Below, in pieces: positions 51,199 to 64,000 of a stretch of 64,000 nucleotides of DNA; the stretch's first letter is position 1, and each line of letters starts with the position of its first letter. The notes under the pieces are model-generated. The model did no database searches. It was not told the DNA's origin and was given only the letters and a program-made list of their open reading frames with translations. Origin of the DNA: Antedon mediterranea (taxonomy: Eukaryota > Animalia > Echinodermata). The DNA is taken from the NCBI RefSeq assembly GCF_964355755.1, contig NC_092675.1, forward strand, positions 9,233,812 through 9,297,811. Reading direction: 5' to 3'. The position numbers and the translations under genes are program-made.

Positions 51199-54100
51199 TT
51201 CAGTATTTATTGGTACTCACTTTCGAATCAGTGGCACACACCTTTCGGTGGTGCGTCCATACAAATATAAACAACATATAAAAGGTAAATGATGATAAAA
51301 CTTACATAATTAACTTACATTGGAAAAAAAACAAAAAAACAAATGTACAGTAGTAATTGCACACTTGAATAGATACTTAAAAACAATTGTATAACGAGCA
51401 AATCAATAAATCGACGCAATAGGTCAGTAGTAAATACACATTAGGGCCTACTTACAAAATGTCAGACAAAAAAAAAATACTTATACATAGTAAATAAAAA
51501 AAACAAACTAAAAAACAAAAACAAAAAAAAACAGAATAAAGGTACAATAGGTGAACAGTATAAATAATACATAATCATGATAAAATTACTACATAAATCG
51601 AAATAAGCACAAATATATGTTTATATGTACTTGAAATTATAGATATAGCAAACAGCAAGTACAAGATTTTATTTGTTTAATGATTAGTTATTGGTATATC
51701 TAACTGGTCTATCAATGTATAAACTAAATAAGCTAAAATGTCTGACTGAAAAAAAAAACAAAAAAAAACTTATACATAGAAAATAAAACTAAAAAACAAT
51801 TGGATAACAGTATAACGATACAATAGGTCAAAAGTATAAATAATACATAATCATGATTATTTTTACAAAAATCGAGATAAACACTAATATATGTTTATAT
51901 GTATTTGAAGTTAGATAAGCAAATAAACTAGTTTATCAATGTAAAAGCCAAATAGGCTAATTATTGGGGTAATGTTGGTAATTTCTTATATATATCTAAC
52001 CTGGTATCCCAGGCACTTTGTAGGTATTTTTTACAAGCCAAGTCAAAAATTTCCCCAAGAACAACGTTTTCATTATATAAATTGTCTAATAACAAATGTA
52101 ATTTCATTTCAGAGGTTCCTTAAATAATGTTCAAACCCGTTATTCATTAATTGTAATTTCATTGGGTAGAAGATTTCTTCTCTTAATTTACTAAATGTAT
52201 TACATTCTAACATAAAGTGTGCGATAGTTTCAGTGTCATTATTGCAGAGTGCACACATACCCGTACTCGTGGGTGACCATGACTGTTTCCTACCTTCAAG
52301 GTTTAGAGACTTCGATCTCGCCTTAAATTTCAAACAACTTCTTTTAAAGTCATTTTTGTAAAGAAGGTATGGTTCTAGTATCGGTTTATTCTTGTACACA
52401 AAGAGATGATTTTGATTGTGCTCTCTTCTGCCATTCGTTATTATCGATATCTTTGTTCTTGCATTTAAATTGAGTTAACCAATTACCAGGTGATTCGTTG
52501 GTGAACATATCACCCATGTTACATTTATGTAAGGCTTCTTTAACCTGATTTAACCATCCCCATTTTAATTTATCTTCAAGAATGTTTATGGCGTTAAAAA
52601 TCACATTGGACCATCTGTCATTCTCCATGTTTTTTAGGCGGTTAAAATATTTAATCCGAGAGTAGTTTTGAAGCGATTCTAGTGATTGCCAGCCCAAGTC
52701 ACCATATAGAGCCTCTTTTGCAACGTTACACGGAGCCTTAAGAATGGTTCTCGCCATTAAAAACTGCAGGTTTTCAACTTTTGCCATTGTTGTTTTTCCG
52801 TTACAGTACCAAACTGAGCATGCGTAATTAATGGTAGAGATTCCGATAGATTTCCATAATAGGTCCCCGTAATAAATTCTGTTAAAATCATCTTGTTCAT
52901 TTATAATGGATTTAATATACGCAATGATGCGATTACCCTTCTTGATAACTTCGTCTATGTGAAGATTGTCCGACAACGTACGAGAAATATATACTCCCAA
53001 GTATTTGTATTTATCAGTTTCTGTTATAGAATTGTTTCCTAACCTCCATTTTCTATATAAGTTGGTCCTTTGTCCTGTGATAAGGACATTTGATTTATCA
53101 TAATTAAATGACATTTTCCATTCTTTAGCAAATTCTGTAGTAGTTTGTAGGAGCATTTTAAGTTCCTTCTCGTTTTCTCCTATTAGTACGACGTCCCGTC
53201 GGCCCATAATAAACAATTAATTTTAGTGTTAAAGATGTTAACACCTAGATCTGAGTTGTTAAGCATTATACGTAATTCATTGATGTATATTAATTGAGAA
53301 GAGTGTTGGCGATAACGAGCATCCCTGTTTAACATCTTCATCGATATCAAATAACTCCGTCTCTAAATTAGCAAATTGGACCTTACATTTAACATTCTCA
53401 TATAAATTTTGTACGATATTAATTAGGTTACCTTTTATACCGATTCGGCGTAATGCTTTTATTAGTCCTTCTCTCCAGACTGTATCGAATGCTTTTCGGA
53501 AATCGAGAAAAGCCAAAAATTTCTTTTTACCCTCGGCTTGTCGAGTAGCTATCAAGCTTTTAAGGGTGAAGATATGGTCTTCACATCGTCTATCTTTTTG
53601 GAAGCCCCCTTGTGCTTCGGTTAATAAATCATACTCTTCAAGGAATTCTGATATTCTTCGAGAAATTATTCGACTAAAGATCTTAGCAATGCATGAGTTT
53701 AAGGTAATTCCTCTATAGTTATCTAAATTTCGCCGGTCGCCTTTTTTAAATATAGGAACTATTGTGCCGTTGTTCCATTCATCTGGTATACATTCGAGAT
53801 GGGAGAGCCTTTTAAACAGTTTATACAGTTTTGCAACTATTGTGTTACCGCCGTTTTTTATCAATTCGTTAGAAATATTATCATTTCCCGGGCTTTTGTT
53901 GTTTTTACATAGGGAGACTGCGTATTTTACATCTTCACATGAGAATTCGAGTTTATCCAGAGTAGCGGTTTGAACATTTATGTTGTAGCTGTCTACATCT
54001 AAGTTTTTCTTACCTAAGGTATTAAAGTAATTGGTTAACGAGGACTTAATTATGGGTGCGTCTGATGTTACATTGTCCGTTCCCGGAATTATTATAGATG

Positions 54101-56997
54101 TAACATTGTTTGTTCGTTTATTTCCTTTTAAAACTGACCAGAAGTCTCTAGACTGAGGTCCGCCTTTTTCCATTATTTTTGAACATCTATCCATCCGGAT
54201 TTGCATCATTTTTTGTCTAATTAATGTTTTACATTCGTTTCGTTTAGTTTGATAATCTTTCCAGAGATTATCCCTTATAGTTTTATTAAAGTCAGAATTA
54301 GTTTCGTTCTTACAATATAGTCGGTGTGCTCGACACGCGCTTTTTTTCGTTTTTCCATTGACTGTTCAATATCACAATCAAACCATTGTTTACTTTTTCT
54401 GGACTGTTTTTTATAGCCTATTGTCTCTTCGGCAGCAGACACTACAAGGCGTTTCCATGATTCCCAAGCTTCGTTAGCATTTAAATGGGCTGGGTCCCAG
54501 TTAGTGAATTTAGATTCAAGGTCATCTTGGAACGTTGTCCAATCGTGGTTATACTTTATATCCCATCGTTGTTTAAATGTTTCAGGGATTGTGTTATTAT
54601 TATTAAATGATTCCACATCCATATCAATTATAATCATGTTATGATCGCTACCTATGTGAAAGTTACATTGGTCATCTATCATGAATTCATTTATATCTTT
54701 TTGAATATTTGCTGATACAAGACCATAATCCAAAACACTTTTATGTTGATTCTTTACCCACGTAAATACTCCTGTACATTTTTCACTACCGTGAAGGATA
54801 AACAGATCACCATCATTACTAAAATCAATAAGTCCTTGACCATTATAGTTTATAGATTCGTCTCCATCGTTAATCAAGTGACCAAGAATTATTATTTTAG
54901 CATCATTTTTCCGCTAATAAGGAGACAAACATCTCATAAGTCAAGTTGCGATCGGTTCCTTCACATGCAAAATAAACTAAAGCTATGTAATATATTGAAT
55001 TGGTAGAACTATTAAATTGCACTTTTACCCATAGTCGTTCGAGGGTATCACATCTCGTATCTAATACATTGTCATCTATGATCTTAATGTCGTCCCTAAT
55101 TAGGAAGCCGATCCCGCCTTGACTTTTTTAGTGATGATCTATTTTTCCCAATCCAATTGTAACCTTTGATTTGTATTTCTTCCTTATCTTTTAGAAATGA
55201 TTCAACTATTCCAAATACATTAATTTTATTGATGTTTACAAATTTTTGGATATCATACTTTTTGCTTTTGTAGCCTCTGATATTATTGTATGCTATTTTA
55301 ATGTTAGTATTCGTATTACATGATTTAGATTTCTTTTTACCTCGTCTAACTTTAACATGTTTATGATTATTCTTATTTGGAGGCACGTTGTTTAACATAA
55401 GATCAGGATTTACACTATTGATACTAGCGATATATTCGCTATTTTTGTTAATTGTTATCTCATTTATAGAGGTATTGTTATTACATTCGTCAATTAAGAA
55501 ATCGTATATATTGTCATGATTAAAAGACATTACATTACCCCGCAGGTTTTTCCTGGTTGGTTCAGGATCGGCGTTTACTTCATTGCCTGTTTCCATGGAA
55601 GTCGACATTGATAGTTCTTATGTCCAAATTCGAAGCATCCGTGACATTGTACTGGTTTACCATGTTTACAGTCTTTCATCTGATGGTTCCTTTCACCACA
55701 GTAGTAACATCCGGTTCTGTTTGTTTGTATTTGTCTACTATTGTGTCGATAATTTAAGTTAGTGTTTGGACGGTGCTGTTTGTTGCGATATCCCTGTGTT
55801 CCTATCGGCGACGAGTAGTGGCCTAATGAAGTTCGGTGCGATTTGTGTGTTTCTTTATCTTTCACAATCCTGTGTACTTTGTTGATATTGGTCAGTAATT
55901 TCTTCGTTCCGTAGTTGCTGAGGTGAAGTCTACTCCTATTGAGGGATCCACTTTCACATTCGTTATTGTATAGTTTGATTGAAGGTTGTGTCGTTGTCAA
56001 TTATTTTACAGTCCTCTTTTGACGCGATTCCTTTGATTTCCCCGTTCAGTTTATCTACTCTACCTTGATGTTCCATAACATCTTGTCTAGGACATATTGT
56101 TGATAATATAATGGATGTGCTGGGCGATTTCGTTTTAACATCCTGTATTATGTGTGCGAACTCGTTTGGGGCGTTGTTTGCATCCTTGTCTTTTGTGCAG
56201 TCGTTCGTTCCGCCATGAATTATTATGGTATCAAAACTTTTCGCGTCTAGTGATCTCAATGATTCTTTTATATCTTTCATTTTTGCTCCGGGTAGACAAG
56301 AGACTTTAGTCTTCATCAATCCTCTTTCATTAATATTCTTGATTATTGAGTCTCCTATAATAAGGGTGTCTGTGTTCAATGGTATACCATTTGTTCTTTC
56401 GTGTAGATCTTTGGTACGGTCATTCTTTGTTTGGTCACACATAGCATTGCGTTGCAGTTCTAAGTCATCTTTTAGTTGTTTTTTTTTATCTTATGTGGGT
56501 TCATCCCACTTTTATTTCCATACCACTGTTCTCTTTACATATATTTTTCACTATACACTAATACATATCATTATATTTACAATGTTTGTTTAATCATCTG
56601 TATACATATACTTATTTAAAGAGTTTTATTCATTTGTTTACATATTATCACATTGATTACATAGCTTCCTCTTTTTAAACATATTATCTGTAACACATTT
56701 TCATTAACAAGCTTATTTTTTTCTTACATAGTTGTTTTTGATTTTTTCATCTACCACATTTTCATTTAACAATGCATATTCTCTGTTATACTCATTACTT
56801 ACTATATGTTTACTGTTAACATAATATTGTTCTCATTCTTTAACCTTAATATTAATATTTTTGTTCTTTAATGTTTACAAAACTTTTATTTCCAGCAGAT
56901 CTTTTTTTGCATCTATAACTTCTTAAATTTTCATTTAACTTTTTTACATTCTTCTCTTATGTGGATTCATTCCACTTTTTTTTTTTTTTTCTTATTT

Positions 56998-57035
<38 letters not shown>

Positions 57036-57897
57036 ATTTCCATATCTTTTAGTTGTTTATTTTCCTGTCGAAGAATGTTATTTTGCTCTTTGATCTCATT
57101 GATGATTTTAAATTGTTTATCTAATGATTTTCGTAGTGAAGTTATAGTGTTTGGTATTCCTCTACATGATTCGCAAAACCAACTGGTTGCTCGCTTTCCA
57201 GTTGCGGAGATTCCAATACATTGTGGGTGAAAATCAATTTGGCAAAATGAGCATTCGATGCTTTTTCCTTTGGCGATATGATTTAACATACAATGCTCTA
57301 CACATTTAATCGTCCGATTAGTGATACTAGACGTGCTTGTTGAATGTTGTTGTGATTTGGTTTGCGAGCTTGGAGGGGATTGAGGTCTCGGGGGTGTTCG
57401 GTTTGTAGACGCCATATTTAAGATTTAATTTAGGATCTATGTCGAATTAATTATTATTATAACTATCATTTGGTATCTGGTTCATTCAGATCGTTCAGAT
57501 AACTTCTTATAATAGTTCTGGAACGTTTTCCGACTTACAGTTATCCAGATAAATATACAGCACCCAGACGGTCTAAATATTTCAATGATGTAGGATAGCT
57601 TGGTTGGCGTGGTCCAGCAGTATTAGCGTGGGCCTAAACAAGCTATCTATTGTTCTCTATCTATACAGGACGCTATCTTTCCCCAGTGAGAGATGTACAC
57701 TTCTGCTACGTTGGCCTTGGAAATTTAGTAAAATAGTTATATGAAAACTCACCATTTACTGCTTATTTTCTCAAGATATAAACTATGGTTGGATTCCTCA
57801 AGTTGAGATATACCTAACGCTATACCTTTAAAATAAAAATGTTGTTGAAGACTTTTCAGCTAAATTGGGAATTTAAACGTCCCGCGTCTCGTCCCGC
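51199..57897 (-). mobile_element. Apparently full-length, frameshifted LINE (RTEX-like): ORF1 PHD/SGNH esterase/CCHC; ORF2 APE endonuclease, RT, C-terminal zinc finger
   Basis: CSFCQIDFHPQC..WFCESC; IIGDS, GGTND, LHL; CYYCGERNHQMKDC; NIRG, LDY, SDH; FLDFRKAFD, KQGCSLSP; CALC..ETIAHFMLEC; clade assignment is tentative. Confidence 0.88.
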
Positions 57898-58535
57898 GGT
57901 ATAGGGGTGCAGATGCATGAAATGTATCTTTGTCTGATGAGATGTCAGAAAGGCGTCTATTTATAGCAAGTGGGATGTTGCGGATAATAGATGGAGGATG
58001 GTTGCTGTCATGGTGCACGTAGGTTGGTTTGTTATTAGGCTTAGTGAAAGGTCGGAAGATCCCTGTCCTTAGGTCGAACGTTACATCCAAATAATTGACT
58101 ATTTTCTTGTTAGCATCAATTGTTAGCTTGAGGTTGTTCTCCTGGAAAACCTTACAAATATCTTTCTTGATTAGCTCAATCGTTTTGGCTGATTCGCGAA
58201 ACGCAGCTAGGCCATCGTCGCGGTATAGACCAATTTGGTTGCCATATTTGTTAGACAGTTGCGACAAAAGATATGTACCTACGATTTCACAGGTTTCAGC
58301 ACCGTCAAAGCTTCCCAGTGTGACGTCAAACACAGGTTGGTTTTCAGTTCCTTTTTTGCACCATGTAGCGTTATCATGGAAAAGGAGTGACCTTTTAGCT
58401 TGGATAATAATATTTGTTTCTTCATCGGAGATTGCTTCAAACTCGGAGGCGAATTCAAGGGCTTTTTTAACTAGGTCAATGGTTATTGACGGGTAGAAAT
58501 CAACTATGTCGAAGCAAATAAACGAGTGCTTCTCC
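57898..58535 (-). mobile_element. Penelope-like element, 5' part (RT core)
   Basis: [50 protein letters not shown]. Confidence 0.92.
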
Positions 58536-58569
58536 TGAAAACCAAAAAAAAAAAAAAAAAGGAAAGAAA

Positions 58570-61500
58570 GGTCTTGGATATAATAAGGATTTAAAGTTGA
58601 GAAATATTCATTACAGTTTTAAGGCCGTTAAAGAAAAATCTGAACGTATTCAGTATGTGAAGGGGAGTAATCCTGATTGGAAGTTATGAGAAATGAATAT
58701 AAGGCATGGATGGGCATGTATGAAGAATTTCTCCAAAGGCATGATGAATATTATGCGCTCTGTTGTCTGACGAGGAACGTGTTAGTTATAGAATTAAATG
58801 GTATGATGAAAGAAGCAATTGGCTTGGCGATTTTAAGGCTTCAATGGTAGAGTGGTTTGGAATAGCTTCCAGTGAGAAAAACCCAATCCACCTGGATCGA
58901 TTGTGTCAAGAAGGTCGTCTGAGCATAGTTTGGCTGTGTCGGAAAGGCTTCGAAGTGAGCAGAAAAGAGCTGAACTTAAAGCCAGGGCAGCATGTCTTAG
59001 AAACGTGCACCAATTAGAACTTCAGAAGTTAAGTTTAAGATTGAAAGAAGAAGAGATGAGACTACAGACAGAGGTGGACGTCCTTGAAGCAAGAAGCAGA
59101 GTGCTTGATAAGTTTGACAGTGAGGCAGAGTCTGTATTCAGTGATAGCCTTGATATTGATAGGGCTCCGAGAGCTAGACTTGCAAGTTCATTGGATGGTA
59201 AAGTTAATTCACATACACATGTTGATGTGTGTGCACATATCGAAGATCATCAAGTACATGTTCAGAATAAGGTACCTGTGTATGGTGATGAGGTTCATGT
59301 ACCTGATGTAAATGAGAAGATTACTAATCCATATGTATTGCCGCAGATCTTCCTCAGGCACTGGTGAAACAGCTTCAAAGGCCAACACCGGAAATGATGA
59401 AGTTTGGTGGTGATCCCATGGAATATAAAAAATTCATGCGACAGTTTCAGGCCAGAGTTGTGAGAAATACGGAAAGTGATGATGCGCGGTTGTACTACTT
59501 AGAGCAGTTTACCTACGGAGAAGCAAAGAAGATTGTAATGGCTTTAGTTATCTTGATGCCGAGTTGGGGTACCGAGCAGCTTTACCTGCATTGGAGGAAC
59601 GATATGGAGATACAGAATTAATCGCAAATGCCTTCATTAGAAAGGCACTAGCTTGGCCAGTAATCAAAGATGGTAACCCTTAGATGCCTTCTCAACATTT
59701 CTGGTAGAATGTGAAAATGCGGTAAGATGCGTTGATTCTATGAAAATTCAATTCAAGTTTTGCAGATGTATATGGTTCTGATACAGAAAATACAGAATGT
59801 GATGGAGACTGTACGATGGCAATTGTTCCAGTAAGAGTGAGAATGAGAAATAGTATTAAGGAAGTCGTCACATATGCATTTCTTGATCCTGGTAGTAATG
59901 TGTCTTTCTGCTCCAGTGCTCTAATGAAAGAAGTGTGTGGGACCGGTCATAAAATGAAGATCACAATTGAAACAATGGGAGTACCACATACAATGTATAC
60001 CTACGTGGTGGAAGGTTTAGAAATCCTAAGTCTTGATGGTTTGAATATAACAGAATTACCTAAAGTATATACTAAAGATAGGATGCCAGTTTCTCACCAT
60101 CACATACCTACTGCCAGCGATGTTCGTCGTTGGCCACACTTTTCAGATGTCCATCTTCCACATTTCAACGCCGACATTGGTTTGTTAATTGGAAATAATG
60201 TTCCAGATGCATATACGCCAAGGCAAGTTAGAACCGGACCAGCTGGGAGCCCACATGCGACACAGACAGCTTTAGGTTGGATAGCATGGAACGTAATTCG
60301 GAACGATAGATCCAGGTCTGGTAAAGAAGATACCTTGGCAGTGAACAAAGCCACTATAAGTGCGATACAAGAAGTTGAAGACAACAGAAAACTAGAGAAG
60401 TTAGTCAGAGAATGCATTAATTATGACTTTCCTGAACGTACAATTGACGACAGAAAAGAATGGTTTCAAGAGGACAGAAGATTTATGGTGGTAGTGGAAA
60501 AATCCTGTAGGTTGAAAGATGGCCACTATAAAATTAGTTTACCTTTCAGAAGCGACTTCAACTTGCCCGATAACTCTGAAGTAGCTGTACGTCGACTAAA
60601 ATGTTTAGAAAAGAGGCTCCGGAGAGATTCCAAGCTACATTCTGATTATAACGACTTCATGTCTAAAATAATACAAAATGGGTATGCAGAAATCGTTCCT
60701 ATTAAGGATTTAGCTAGAGCTGACGGGAAGGTATGGTACATCCCTCATCATGGGGTGTATCACCCCAAGAAACCAGACAAAGTTCGTGTCGTCTTCGACT
60801 GTACTTACCATGGGGGTATCACTAACCGACATTCTCCTTCAAGGTCCAAACCTAACCAACAACCTCATTGGCGTCTTATTGGGTTTCCGACAAGAGAATG
60901 TTGCAGTCATGGGAGACATTGTATCGATGTTTCACCAAGTTTATGTTCCCAAAGATGAGTGTGATTTTCGTCGGTTCTATTGGTGGCCGCAAGGTAATCT
61001 AAGCATTGATCCAGTTATCTACAGAATGACAGTTCATTTGTTTTGGGCTGTCTCATCGCCTTCGTGTGCCAACTTTGCACTGCGTTTGACTGCACAGATG
61101 AACAAGAATTTATTCGATCCGATAGTAGCCGATACAGTGTTGGGTAACTTTTATGTTGACGATTGCCTCAAATCGGTTAGTTCAAGTGACCAAGCAGTAT
61201 CTCTTATTCAGCAGCTTACCACACTTTGTGAAATGGGTGGTTTCAAGTTCTCGAAATGGGTAAGCAACAAGCGAGAAGTACTACTTTCGGTTCCAGCCGC
61301 TGAACGAGACAAAGAGTTTGAAAACATAGAATTAGATTATGAGAAACTTTCTATAGAACGAGCTCTAGGAATTAGATGGTCAGTAGGCGCTGATACTCTT
61401 GGATTTAAGAATGTTGTACCAAGTCGACAACCAACTAGAAGAAACGTTCTTTCTATAATCAGCTCAGTCTATGATCCTTTTGGATTTGCGGCACCGTTTA

Positions 61501-63300
61501 TTTTACCCGCTAAAATCCTCCTTCAAGAAATGTGCAGAAATAATGTTCAATGGGTCCAAGAATTAACTGGTATCGACTTAGCTAGATGGCAGCAATGGTT
61601 AAACAATTTAACAAATCTAGATAAATTGATTATCCCTAGATGCTTTAAACCATGTATTTTCGGAAAGGTGGAGTCTTTTCAGATACACAACTTCTCGGAT
61701 GCTAGTAACCAAGGTTATGGAATGGTATCTTATCTCCGATTAGAAGATGTTGACGGAAAGATACATTGTTCTTTACTTATTGGAAAATCCAGAGTTGCAC
61801 CCTTGAAGAAGGTGACAGTGCCACGCATGGAGCTGACAGCCGCTATGTTAGCTGTTCATATTAACAAAATTATTATTAAGGATAAGTTAAGTTGTCAGGT
61901 GCATAAAGTTGTATTTTGGACGGACAGCACGTCAGTTTTAAGATGGATATCTAATGAATCTGCACATTTCCATACGTTTGTGGCGAACCGAATTCACACA
62001 ATCAGAGAATCATCGGAGAGCAGCCAGTGGAGATATGTGGAATCCAAATGTAACCCAGCTGATGATGCCTCAAGAGGTCTCGATTTCAGACATTTGGTAC
62101 AAAGTCAACGGTGGCTAAATGGCCCAGACTTCTTGTGGAAATCTGAAGAGAACTGGCCTAATATTCACTTGCTTTACCAGTCGGGCAGTGCATCTTGAAG
62201 TTGCTCATTCGCTTGATACCGCCTCATGCATTAACGCGATAAGACGTTTTATTGCTAGAAGAGGTACACCCAATATGATACTGTCCGACAACGGGACAAA
62301 TTTAGTTGGTGCTGAAAGAGAGTTACGGGAAGAAATCAGCAAGTGGAACCAAACCAAACTGACAAATAACCTTAAGTCAAAAAGGTATAACTTGGAAATT
62401 TAATCCACCGCATGGTTCTCATTTCGGCGGTGTTTGGGAACGGTTAATACATTCGGTACGGAAAATATTGTACTCACTAATGCATCACCAAATGCATCGA
62501 TTTGATGATGAGGGTCTTCATACACTATTCTGTGAGGTTGAAGCAACACTAAATAGCCGTCCCATTACTACTGTTTCTGATGACCCAAATGATCTGCAGG
62601 CATTAACACCAAATGATTTGTTGTTGACCAAAGGTAAAGTTTTACAACCTGGAATCTTTAACAAAGATGACAATTATCCACGTCGACGTTGGCGTCAAGT
62701 TCAACACCTAGCTGATCTCTTTTGGAAAAGGTGGACAAAAGAGTACTTGCCTTCGTTACAAGCACGCCGGAAATGGATAAATCCTAGAAGGAACTTTGCT
62801 GTTGGAGATATAGTTTTGTTGATGGAAACCACACCACGCAACACATGGGCACTTGGTAGGGTGCTGAAAGTAATGATTGACAGAAATGGATTTGTTAGAG
62901 TGGTCGAAGTAAAAACTGCAACTACAGTACTCCAGCGACCAATTGACAAGTTGTGCTTACTTCTAGAGGCAGATAACTAAATGTTTAAAAGAGAAAGAAC
63001 TTTTAAATTAAAACATTAATTAAACAATTAATTTGTTACATTAAAGAAAGAAAATATATTTTGCCAAGTTTGTTATAGATAATTGTGGTTCACAATTAAG
63101 GGGCCGGTGTAAAGGCCAAATTAAGAAGTTTAATTTTACTATTACTATACTATTTACTATTAAATGTTTATTGTGTGGCTCTAGGAAGCTAAGTTAGCTC
63201 ATTGTTCCACTTGAGTGACTCCTTGCTGATTGGGCTAGTTAGGAGAGCTCACAGGTGGCATTATTATGCAAATTAGGTCACTAATATCAGACCTAAAGTG
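58570..63300 (+). mobile_element. BEL/Pao LTR retrotransposon, degenerate (gag, protease, RT, RNase H, partial integrase, start of 3' LTR)
   Basis: FLDPGS, WYIPHHGV..KVRVVFD, FYVDD, FSDAS, NPADDASRG, SDNGTN, GGVWER, RPIDKLCLL; purine tract aaggggccgg then TGT at 63108. Confidence 0.93.
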
Positions 63301-63303
63301 TAC

Positions 63304-63408
63304 AAACAAGGCCATACATGGCCGCAGTCGCGTGCTCAAGTTAGTGATTACCGATAAACCGACCGACCGACATAGTGAGCTGTAGAGTCGCGTTGCACGC
63401 GACTAAAA
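63304..63408 (-). mobile_element. Mini HINE-like element (~105 bp), best-preserved copy
   Basis: minus strand: ttttAGTCGCGTgcaACGCGACT...(GTCG)n...gcACGCGACT gc GGCCA tgta TGGCC ttgttt. Confidence 0.72.
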
Positions 63409-63659
63409 GAGGGGGAAAAAACCGTCGCGATGATGACGTAATTTGTGAACCATTTGATTGGTCAGTTTTAACAATCGTAACGTTGAAGAAGAACAGATTA
63501 CAATAAAGATAAGTTATTAAAAATTAAAAAAGCAGCAAAACAAGAATAGACATTTTGGCAACTTTTTATTAGAGAAGGTATGCAGTAGGCGAAATTAGTT
63601 GTAAACAATAATGGTATTATACGAGTCTGTTTATGAGTCAGTTTTGTCTGTATAAAGTG

Positions 63660-63820
63660 ATATTTGTCCTCTCCCTTTTTCACTTCTCTTTTTCTCTTTC
63701 TCTTTTATTTTCTCTTTTACTTTTTCTTTTTTTATTCTTCTCTTTTGTCCCTTTTCTATTTTCTTTATCTCTTTCCTTCTTCTTTTTCTTTTCTTATTTC
63801 TTCTTCTTTTTTTCTTTTCA
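63660..63820. repeat. Pyrimidine-rich (T/C) low-complexity tract
   Basis: almost only T and C on the plus strand. Confidence 0.85.
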
Positions 63821-64000
63821 AGCTCCGATAATATATACCATTCCTTTATTATCATAAAGATTAGTTTTAATTTGACATATTTTAGTTAATGATACTAAAT
63901 AAATGACGTCGCTTGCCTCGCCATAAAGTTTCCAGAATAAAGTATGTCAATGTCAATAACCTATAACGTGAACAATACATTGAGATAGGTGCGTAAAAGG

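Noticed and set aside
63631-63857. Lys/Arg/Glu-rich and Phe/Ser-rich ORFs
   Set aside because: Translations of a T/C low-complexity tract

Overview
AT-rich, intron-rich animal genomic DNA, not prokaryotic; the repeat repertoire suggests a marine invertebrate, probably a deuterostome (inference). Three spliced host genes are visible: the 3' three coding exons of a START-domain gene of the STARD4/5/6 group (+, 7981-19242); a complete 3-exon RIIAD1-like gene (-, 30599-25174, 105 aa); and a complete 9-exon SLC17/sialin-like MFS transporter (+, 34601-47877, 462 aa), followed by a disrupted exon-1 copy of a tandem paralog. The rest is layered transposon material: Helentron-type non-autonomous elements (one nested in another, plus ~105-bp minis), a 2.7-kb MULE-like element with a 10-bp TSD, an Academ element carrying a CR1 LINE, and a Penelope element with an intact hammerhead ribozyme that is split by a 6.7-kb RTEX-like LINE (PHD/esterase/zinc-knuckle ORF1). 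A BEL/Pao LTR element, a Nin-domain SINE and several minisatellites are also present. Most notable: an 18x74-bp array that amplifies a real exon end plus its splice donor, the hammerhead, and probable P-element excision footprints. All calls are from reading the sequence by eye; no searches were run and repeat boundaries are approximate.
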